64,000 nt of DNA from a virus: the IMG/VR virus record IMGVR_UViG_3300021185_003284, positions 49,072 to 113,071 of that record. One strand, written 5' to 3'. The position numbers were made by a program, and so were the translations under genes. Positions 56,606 to 64,000 of this stretch are shown here, piece by piece. Position 1 is the first letter of the stretch. Every line of letters starts with the position of its first letter. Under the pieces are notes generated by a model. That model was not told the origin of the DNA. It worked only from the letters and a program-made list of their open reading frames with translations, and did no database searches.

Positions 56606-57475
56606 ATGCCTTTAACTCTAGCACAACTTATAGGAGAGATTATAAGTGATACTAAAATCATTTGTGATAATTGCGGTTGGAGTTGGAACAAAAAAGACGG
56701 AGGAGATGATTTATATATGTGTCATAAATGTGACCATGATAACACTCCCCATGCTTTACAGGAGAAAGTAAACCCTGAGCTAGAATCTCAAATAAAAGAC
56801 TATATAGAAGACTATTCAGAAATAAATGTAGGACTACTAAAAAACCTACTTAAGATAAAGCAAAAATTCCCTAAAGAATTAGATCCTAAATCAGGAGGCA
56901 ATAAATACGGATATAGAGGCACTACATTTAATAAGGAGTTTATAAGTAAATTAAAAGTTAAAAGTGAATCAAACGGAGTAACTGAATATGAGGTTCCTTC
57001 TAATTTAAAAATTAACTCAAAAGGAAATAAAGGCTTTTTAAGCTTTTCCACAGATGAGGATGTAGCTAGAGGATTCGGACATTACTCAGGGTATGTGGAT
57101 CATAAAAAATCTTCTGATAGAGTAGGAGGGTACGTTAAGGTTTCATTAGATAACCCTAACTTTATTTTGCACCCCGATTATATGGGTAGACTTTCACAAG
57201 ACATGGAGTATAGTAAAGAGAGTGAGAAAGAAACTTTATATGTAGGTACTTCATATTCACCCGAAAGCATATATGTTGTAGATGAAAATTTATATAAAGA
57301 AAACTACGCTGATGGTAAAGTGAAAGGTAAAAGCAAACCAGGTAGAGTAAAAAAATCTGGTGCTAGCTGTAATGGCTCAGTTACCGACCTTCGTAGAAAG
57401 GCTAAAAATGCATCAGGTGAAAAAGCTAAGATGTATCATTGGTGTGCTAATATGAAGAGCGGTAAGAAAAAATGA
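56606..57475 (+). CDS. Zn ribbon plus putative ADP-ribosyltransferase plus basic tail
   Basis: CDNC...CHKC; YRG...SFST...EKE (R-S-E pattern). Confidence 0.55.
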   Translation: MPLTLAQLIGEIISDTKIICDNCGWSWNKKDGGDDLYMCHKCDHDNTPHALQEKVNPELESQIKDYIEDYSEINVGLLKNLLKIKQKFPKELDPKSGGNKYGYRGTTFNKEFISKLKVKSESNGVTEYEVPSNLKINSKGNKGFLSFSTDEDVARGFGHYSGYVDHKKSSDRVGGYVKVSLDNPNFILHPDYMGRLSQDMEYSKESEKETLYVGTSYSPESIYVVDENLYKENYADGKVKGKSKPGRVKKSGASCNGSVTDLRRKAKNASGEKAKMYHWCANMKSGKKK

Positions 57476-58101
57476 AAATATCAAATAATAAACTACACTC
57501 GGAAGCATATTTTTTTGATGCCATAGAGAACCCAGAAGTTCTTAAAGATCCGAACTGTGTAGACCTATTTGATCAAAACGGTTATCACCTCACTAAAGCA
57601 GAACAAGCTTTTCTAGACCGTAATGGATATCAGTCAATAGAGAGACGTCATGAAGACTGTCTAAGACATGACTGGCTAACATGGGATAAGAAAGACGGAG
57701 CACATATAAACCACTCAGACTTATTTGAAAGAAAAGGATTTAAAGATCAAGCTTTAGAACAATTAGAGATACTAGCAGAGGAACATAATCCTATGTTATA
57801 CAAACTAATAAAAATGAAACCTAAATGGGGAATAGATATATCGATAGATTATGTATCTCCATATGCTGTATTTGAAGTGTTTCACTACGAGTGGGACTCC
57901 TTTGACTATAAAAAATTACTTGAAAAAAAGTTGGAAATTGAGCAATTAGTTCTTAAATTGGACTGGGATCAAGTAGCAAATGATCTTTGGAAGATAAAAG
58001 AAGAGTGGATTGACCTTAATTTTTTCGAACAGACTAAATGGCGCACAGATTATTTCGGATTATCCCCTGAAAAGTTTAAAAACGTTATTTGGAAACATTA
58101 A
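57472..58101 (+). CDS. Hypothetical protein
   Basis: ORF. Confidence 0.65.
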   Translation: MKISNNKLHSEAYFFDAIENPEVLKDPNCVDLFDQNGYHLTKAEQAFLDRNGYQSIERRHEDCLRHDWLTWDKKDGAHINHSDLFERKGFKDQALEQLEILAEEHNPMLYKLIKMKPKWGIDISIDYVSPYAVFEVFHYEWDSFDYKKLLEKKLEIEQLVLKLDWDQVANDLWKIKEEWIDLNFFEQTKWRTDYFGLSPEKFKNVIWKH

Positions 58102-58103
58102 TC

Positions 58104-58111
58104 TATTTATA
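58104..58111 (+). promoter_or_regulatory. Putative late promoter TATTTATA
   Basis: Repeated motif. Confidence 0.55.
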
Positions 58112-58139
58112 TTATATACGTATATAAAACATTTCGCCA

Positions 58140-61100
58140 ATGACCTATAAAGAACTTAAAAACCGTTTGAATAAGTGCGAGTATGCACTAAAGGCTATCA
58201 AAGACGGAACTCACAAAGATATTAGCACAATAGATGTTCAGAAGACAACTACTCAATTGAATATGATTAAAGAGAGCTTACAGAATCAAATCAAACAACT
58301 TAAAGAAGGTAATTCTAAGACTTACTTAGTAACACCGAAGAAAGGACAGACAACTGCTGTATCTTTAGGTGATGATGAAAAAGACGCATTAAAGGATGCT
58401 GATGATGTAAAAGCAATAAAAGGTATAGATGGAGAAGAGATAAAAGAAGGTATTGAGTTCACATCAGACGAGACTAAAGCAATAGCAAAGAAGGTAGGTC
58501 AGGCAGTCGCAAAAGCTTTAAAAGATTCCGGTGATGATGTAGCACATATGAAAGCTACTCACATAGAACCTAACTCATTTGAAATATACGTAGAGTATAA
58601 GAATAATTCTGATGATTCATTTGCTTTTCACTTAAGTAAAAATAAGTTACATTTAGCAGATTTTTCTTTTAATAAAGCATTAGTTGATGTTAGCGTTAAA
58701 CCTTCAGGAGAACCAATCTTACACGTTGACGTACTGGCTAATGAGCTGGTTAAACACTTTAAATCTTTAAGAGAAAATAAAGACCTAAAGGAAGATCCTT
58801 ACCAAACTACATACATTAAAGTAGGTAGAAGAGATTATAAAAAAGCAATGTCTATATTAGACGGTAATTTAGATCCAACTTATGTTAAGATGGACATTGT
58901 AGATGACGACGGAGACGGTAATGTGATTATATATTTTAATTTTAGAGCATCAGATGACGGTGAACCAGGTGAAAATGTAGAAGCATTTATATACGATGCA
59001 GCATCAGATTTACAAGCTCAAGGAATACATGTAACAGGATCTAGTCACGATATTGATGAGGGTATGGATATTAACGACCCAGTTCTTATGAAAATGAGAG
59101 CTTCAAAAACTAAAGTAGCAAGAAAAAAAGCAATCGTAAAAGGAGGAGAAAGACATGTAGGTAAGAAAAGAGAGTTATTAGCTAAACTTAAAGCTAAGAG
59201 AGCTCAAGTAATGAAAGATATGGAGAATGATCCATCAATCGAACCAGAAGGAGGCCCTGTTGCTGATATGTACGGAGATCAATTGAATAAAATAGATAAA
59301 GATATAGCTAGAGCATCAGGAAGAAAACAAATGGACTATGATACTGCAGTCGGTAAAGTAGACGAATATGCTATTGACCCAGCAGAATATGGAGACATAG
59401 GAGCTGCATATTTAAAAGGATTTAATAAACCTCATTCTTTAAACTTAGATCAACTAGAAATGCTAGGGCGTAAAATAGTTAAACAATTATATAAAGGAGA
59501 TTTTGAAGCAGCAAAGGCTAAACACCTTAAAGAAGGTTCGGATGACGACTTATTTACTTTTGGATTTGATTTAGATAAAATTCAACACGTAATTGATCAC
59601 CTAAAAAATAACTACTCAGATCAAGATTACGAACTTCATGTAGGTAGAGGAGATACGCACCCAAATGCTGTCACCCTTAATAATCCTGACATGGAAAACG
59701 ATAAGGAATTAGGAAATTTATTAATTGCAGCAGAAGATCAAGAAGAAACAGATTATCAAGTCAATAGACAAATGCAAGAAGATGAAGAAGAAGATGCTAA
59801 GAATGATGCTGATTATGAAGCTGGATGGCATGACGATCCAAGAAAGGATGAAGGTGACGAAACAGATGATTACGGTAGACCTCATGTAGATCCAAAAGGA
59901 TCTAGAACGTTTTTAGAACCAGATGAAATGCTACCTCATAATAGATTCAAAAAAATGACACAAAAAGAAGATACAGATATAGGTCATCAAGACGATGAGC
60001 CTAGTATGTTAAGTGCAACTGCTAGAGAAACAGCAGAATACTCTGCTAAATTATTAAAGAAATTACAGGCATACGATCAGCACGATGGAGAAGTAGATTT
60101 TCCAAACTGGTGGCAATCTAAGCTTATATTAGCTAGAGAGTATATGTCAGCAGCATTTCATTATTTAGATTCAGAAGAAAAGCAACCTGCATTAGATCAA
60201 TTAGCTTTAGAAAGCGTTGTCAAAGAAGGTAGAGGAGTAATGGACTCAATAAAAGATGCAGTAGAAGAATTAATGTTTGATGGAGATATAAGCGAAAAAG
60301 AAGCTGCTATGGAATTAGTAATTGCAATATCAGACCAATATGGATTTGATTTAGCAGGACATGAATTCGATATATTCCATAAAGGTATGAGTGAAAATAT
60401 AGATAAAGTAGCGGGAGGTATTCCTTACAAAGTTGAAGGTAACAAAGCTATAATTAATGAACCTTTAGATGATGCCACAAAAGAACGTTTAATGGGTAAA
60501 GCCAAAGAACATGGATATCATGCAGCACCTAATCAAGCAGGAGGTATTACTATTACCTTAAAAAAAGGCATGCACAATGAATCTGACAATTTAGGAGAAG
60601 AAAGATATAGAAAAGTAACTGACGATGATAAAGGACTTGATGGAGTTTTTTATGTTGAAGACGATGCCTTTGTTGATCTTGATTACGGTAAATATAAATC
60701 TGCTACTAAGGATTTATTAGACCTTGCTATGGAACAGGGACACGAGTATGAAAGTGTAGAAAACTATTATGAGTATGCTGATCATTTCGAAAACGAATTG
60801 AAAGATTATGCTGAAGGAGAAGTACCTGATTGGCAGATGAATGACCTTGCTGTGAAGTATGGAACTGATTATAGTCAGTTTTACGGTGAAGAAGATGATG
60901 ATGATGATATGGACGAAAATAAGAAAACATTAAAAGAATATGCTTCTAGAGATTTCGATGAAATTTTCGGAGCACTAGGATATAGACAAGGCTTTGACGA
61001 GTTTATAGAAGATAATCCTGGAGCAGTAGAGGCATTAATGAACTGGATTGGCTCAATAAGTGAATTCAGAAAAAGAATAGGAGATGAATACTCTAAAGAA

Positions 61101-61592
61101 GAACAAGAAAACTTAGGCTTCTATTATGGTGATGATGATGAAGATGTATATGAAAATGCAGAATTAGATAAGGTAACTAAAGCAAAGAGACTTATTAAAC
61201 AACAAGCTCCTGCTATGAATAAGTTATCTCAAGACGATCCTAAAAGAAAAGCATTTATTGATAAAGTAAAACAAATTAATAAAAAGTATAAACAACTATT
61301 AGCTAAACAAGACGATAAGGTATCAGGAACAGGAAAAGATCAAGAATTAGATGAAGCTGGTCCTGGATTTAAGCATGACTGTGCTGCTAAAGTAGTTCAT
61401 GAAAAATATGGTAAAGGTAATACCATTCCAGAAAAACATACCTTAGTAAAAGAAGGTAACAAGTATGTAGTTACTCATTACGACGTTTTATTTGAAAACG
61501 GAAATACAGTATTAGATATACCAGTTAACGAGTTAAAGATAGAAACTACTAACGAACACTGGCATAAAGGATACAAAAAGAAAAAGAAGTAA
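58140..61592 (+). CDS. Large acidic modular protein, probable protease-processed capsid-internal polyprotein
   Basis: Heterogeneous modules bounded by LKE/IKE/LRE/IDE/VDE/LDE. Confidence 0.6.
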   Translation: MTYKELKNRLNKCEYALKAIKDGTHKDISTIDVQKTTTQLNMIKESLQNQIKQLKEGNSKTYLVTPKKGQTTAVSLGDDEKDALKDADDVKAIKGIDGEEIKEGIEFTSDETKAIAKKVGQAVAKALKDSGDDVAHMKATHIEPNSFEIYVEYKNNSDDSFAFHLSKNKLHLADFSFNKALVDVSVKPSGEPILHVDVLANELVKHFKSLRENKDLKEDPYQTTYIKVGRRDYKKAMSILDGNLDPTYVKMDIVDDDGDGNVIIYFNFRASDDGEPGENVEAFIYDAASDLQAQGIHVTGSSHDIDEGMDINDPVLMKMRASKTKVARKKAIVKGGERHVGKKRELLAKLKAKRAQVMKDMENDPSIEPEGGPVADMYGDQLNKIDKDIARASGRKQMDYDTAVGKVDEYAIDPAEYGDIGAAYLKGFNKPHSLNLDQLEMLGRKIVKQLYKGDFEAAKAKHLKEGSDDDLFTFGFDLDKIQHVIDHLKNNYSDQDYELHVGRGDTHPNAVTLNNPDMENDKELGNLLIAAEDQEETDYQVNRQMQEDEEEDAKNDADYEAGWHDDPRKDEGDETDDYGRPHVDPKGSRTFLEPDEMLPHNRFKKMTQKEDTDIGHQDDEPSMLSATARETAEYSAKLLKKLQAYDQHDGEVDFPNWWQSKLILAREYMSAAFHYLDSEEKQPALDQLALESVVKEGRGVMDSIKDAVEELMFDGDISEKEAAMELVIAISDQYGFDLAGHEFDIFHKGMSENIDKVAGGIPYKVEGNKAIINEPLDDATKERLMGKAKEHGYHAAPNQAGGITITLKKGMHNESDNLGEERYRKVTDDDKGLDGVFYVEDDAFVDLDYGKYKSATKDLLDLAMEQGHEYESVENYYEYADHFENELKDYAEGEVPDWQMNDLAVKYGTDYSQFYGEEDDDDDMDENKKTLKEYASRDFDEIFGALGYRQGFDEFIEDNPGAVEALMNWIGSISEFRKRIGDEYSKEEQENLGFYYGDDDEDVYENAELDKVTKAKRLIKQQAPAMNKLSQDDPKRKAFIDKVKQINKKYKQLLAKQDDKVSGTGKDQELDEAGPGFKHDCAAKVVHEKYGKGNTIPEKHTLVKEGNKYVVTHYDVLFENGNTVLDIPVNELKIETTNEHWHKGYKKKKK

Positions 61593-61593
61593 T

Positions 61594-63183
61594 ATGCACA
61601 AGTTAGAAAAACTTATATTAGAATCTTACGGCCAAATCCAAGAGGAGATAAAAAAGCCAAAAGATATGCCTAAACCTTTTCTTGATAGAATTGAAAAGCA
61701 GTATGGACCTGTAGATATGGAACATGACTTCTTTACTGACGACTTAACTCGTTATATGAAGCATACTAGCTATAATAAAACTACAGGGTCTAGAGGACAT
61801 AAAGTTATTAAGTTAGCATCTTTTTCTAAGATGTATGATGATATGAAAGCACTTGTTGATGACATTAAAAACTTAATGGGTTCTGATGATATTAGGACTG
61901 ATAAAGCAGCAAGAGAATTATTTGATCTAATCAAAACTAACTTTAGAAAACTACAGAGATACCTAAGAACAGAAAGACCTGATCAATATGCTATTATTAG
62001 ACAGCAAGCAGCTCTTCAAGAAATGTTTAAAGACTTTCAAGTAAATGCTAGTTTAATTGTTGAACAAAAAGAAGATGAACTAAAAATAGGTAAAGTAAAA
62101 AATATTGAGATATACGTAAACGACCAATCATCTATATCTGATACTATGTTCTATAAGCTTGTAGATAAAAATTCAGGTAAAGAATTTGAAGTAAGCGTAG
62201 ACGTCGCAGGAGAAGAAGTAGATTTGAATTACGTAAAAGAAGAAATTCCTATACTAGTTAAGATAGGTTTTCCTGCTGGAGATGCTATCGGTAATTTTAT
62301 CGTTAAAGATATTAACAAAGAGTTAGAAGAAGGAACGCACGAATCCGCAGTAAAAAATGAAAATACTAACTTTAAGGTATTAAAAAAAGGACCTTATTAT
62401 AGGTACCTTCCAACTGATGATTTATTTACTGATCTAAATCAATTAGGACACCACGGATTACAGCGCAGCCCAGACAACTTAGCAGTAATTAAAACTGCAG
62501 AAGAACTTTTAGATATTTTAGATGATATGCATATGGAGGACCCAGAAAGAGCATTAGCTTTTTCAGATCAGAATAATGATATTATAAAGTTTCAAGGAAA
62601 GGTACTAAATGAATCTATGCTTGATGAAGTAGAAGATGAAGAAGAACCTACACCAGAAGAAGAACCAGACACTGCAGCACCAGAAGAAACAGTATTAGAA
62701 GATGCTACAGATAAAATATTAGGTAAGTTTCCAACTGTTAAAGCAGCTATAATTAAACTTCAGACTGAACAATTTAAAGAATTTGTAGATTCTATTGATT
62801 GGATATCACCAAGACCTTCTTCATTTAGAGTAAACCTCAAGAATGGTCAAGACTATATACTTAAATGGACAGGTAAAACTTTTGAAGCTCAAATATTAGG
62901 TAAAAGATATTTACTTTCAAATATTGCAGATTATCAACAAGCATTAGATAAATTAGCTATATTATATAGAGAGGCACCAATGACTGGAGCAGGCGAAGGA
63001 GAACCTGCTGATGTTGACACCGGCGGCGGTGGAGGCGGCGGAGGAGATTTTCCTGGTGAAGAAGGTGGAGCAACCGGAGAAGATCCAGCATTACCAGATG
63101 ACGCAGGCGGAGAAGAAGGAGGAGCAGACCTAACAGATGAACCAATCGATTTTGAAGAACCGGCAGAAGAGCCAGAAGCATAA
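61594..63183 (+). CDS. Probable capsid-internal protein (leader MHKLEKLILE) with acidic Gly-rich tail
   Basis: Shared leader; low-complexity C-terminus. Confidence 0.6.
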   Translation: MHKLEKLILESYGQIQEEIKKPKDMPKPFLDRIEKQYGPVDMEHDFFTDDLTRYMKHTSYNKTTGSRGHKVIKLASFSKMYDDMKALVDDIKNLMGSDDIRTDKAARELFDLIKTNFRKLQRYLRTERPDQYAIIRQQAALQEMFKDFQVNASLIVEQKEDELKIGKVKNIEIYVNDQSSISDTMFYKLVDKNSGKEFEVSVDVAGEEVDLNYVKEEIPILVKIGFPAGDAIGNFIVKDINKELEEGTHESAVKNENTNFKVLKKGPYYRYLPTDDLFTDLNQLGHHGLQRSPDNLAVIKTAEELLDILDDMHMEDPERALAFSDQNNDIIKFQGKVLNESMLDEVEDEEEPTPEEEPDTAAPEETVLEDATDKILGKFPTVKAAIIKLQTEQFKEFVDSIDWISPRPSSFRVNLKNGQDYILKWTGKTFEAQILGKRYLLSNIADYQQALDKLAILYREAPMTGAGEGEPADVDTGGGGGGGGDFPGEEGGATGEDPALPDDAGGEEGGADLTDEPIDFEEPAEEPEA

Positions 63184-63193
63184 TAATAATAAT

Positions 63194-63754
63194 ATGAAAA
63201 ATAACTTTAACTTAAGAACATTCTTAACAGAAAATAAACTTACACAAAACAGTCAAGCGTTAGTAGAAATGCTTACTATATCAGGAAACTCAGAAGAAGA
63301 AATAAAGAAAAATGCCGAAGAGTTATTAGCATTAGCTAAAAAAGTAGGATTGGACAAAGCTGAAATAAGATATAATGATGACGGGTCTGTTGATGGGGTT
63401 GAATTAAATGACACAGTAGAGGATAGAAACGATGGTAAAACTCGAAAAGTTTCTGACTTACAAGACAAACAGTATCATTCTGCTAAAGCTGGACGCCCTG
63501 AACAAGAGCCTTCTTTCAAACCTAAAAAGTTAAAGAAGCTTACAATAGGAGGTAAAACATACGAAAAAGGAGATTTTGATCCTAACGATGACGGTAGAAT
63601 TATGTCAATTGAAAAATATCCTAACGGATACTTCATTACTGGAGGAATATATTCAGACTACGGAGACGGTGATGGACCTAAAGAAGGATATGGATACGCT
63701 ATCGACTTGAAAGGTAATGAAATGGACGAAGAGGATCTAGAAGGAAGATACTAA
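63194..63754 (+). CDS. Probable capsid-internal protein (leader MKNNFNLRTFLTE)
   Basis: ATG 63194 after the upstream stop. Confidence 0.55.
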   Translation: MKNNFNLRTFLTENKLTQNSQALVEMLTISGNSEEEIKKNAEELLALAKKVGLDKAEIRYNDDGSVDGVELNDTVEDRNDGKTRKVSDLQDKQYHSAKAGRPEQEPSFKPKKLKKLTIGGKTYEKGDFDPNDDGRIMSIEKYPNGYFITGGIYSDYGDGDGPKEGYGYAIDLKGNEMDEEDLEGRY

Positions 63755-64000
63755 ATGAATCTTATAGACAAAGCAATATTAGAATGGTCTTACAAGACTA
63801 CTAAAGGATATCCTGACATCAATAGTCAAGAGGATATGGCTTTGTTTGAATCTATGTTTGGTTTTAATTTATCAGAAAATGCTTTCGAAAGAGAAGTAAG
63901 ACAGAAGATATTAGACGTTTCTTCCGGAGATTTAGAAACAATGGGGGATGACTATAGGGTAGCAAATAAAGGTAAAATTGATTCAACTAAATTTATCGAG
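63755..64000 (+). CDS. 3'-truncated CDS (MNLIDKAILEWSYKTTKGYPD...)
   Basis: Open to the window end; shared leader. Confidence 0.6.
   Translation, partial: MNLIDKAILEWSYKTTKGYPDINSQEDMALFESMFGFNLSENAFEREVRQKILDVSSGDLETMGDDYRVANKGKIDSTKFIE

Noticed and set aside
30936-63468. Numerous short minus-strand ORFs (e.g. 31808, 32201, 34191, 39013, 53246, 62957)
   Set aside because: They are antisense shadows of well-supported + strand genes, with no promoters or motifs.
1-64000. CRISPR array or Cas locus (a Cas4-like nuclease lies at 49805)
   Set aside because: No regularly spaced direct repeats. The repeated promoter/leader motifs are separated by whole genes, and the nuclease sits with primase as a typical phage exonuclease.
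1-64000. Alternative genetic code (stop-codon reassignment)
   Set aside because: The standard code gives dense, intact, coupled ORFs, and TAG and TGA act as normal stops at gene junctions.

Overview
This 64-kb, AT-rich window is almost all + strand and comes from a large myovirus-like (T4-like or jumbo) dsDNA phage. The host is most likely a Bacteroidota (Flavobacteria-like) bacterium. Support: at least 15 copies of a TTG-N20-TA(T/n)(A/C)TT promoter resembling the Bacteroidota housekeeping consensus, and lipoproteins of the kind common in that phylum. Layout from left to right: (1) end of a glycan-biosynthesis cluster; (2) accessory/early genes, each behind a host-type promoter and often an AAAGGTT-ATG start; (3) a protein/peptide-modification-like cluster at 9.3-15.3 kb; (4) a candidate ~280-nt structured ncRNA next to an initiator tRNA-Met; (5) a short inverted region with GC-rich motifs and an AT-only tract; (6) a gp55-like late sigma factor followed by a baseplate/tail-fibre module; (7) primase and exonuclease; (8) a long run of probable capsid-internal proteins that share an M-K-L-x-x-(I/L)-(I/L)-x-E type leader. 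The best candidate for an undescribed system is the 744-aa ORF at 10576-12810. It has a circularly permuted (GspS-like) ATP-grasp ligase domain fused to three tandem Hint domains separated by tiny peptides (AP and RFIFS). Its neighbours encode a 45-aa peptide, two 2OG-Fe(II) oxygenases, a sulfotransferase, a SET-like protein and a flavin reductase. All family calls come from reading motifs by eye; no database searches were run.
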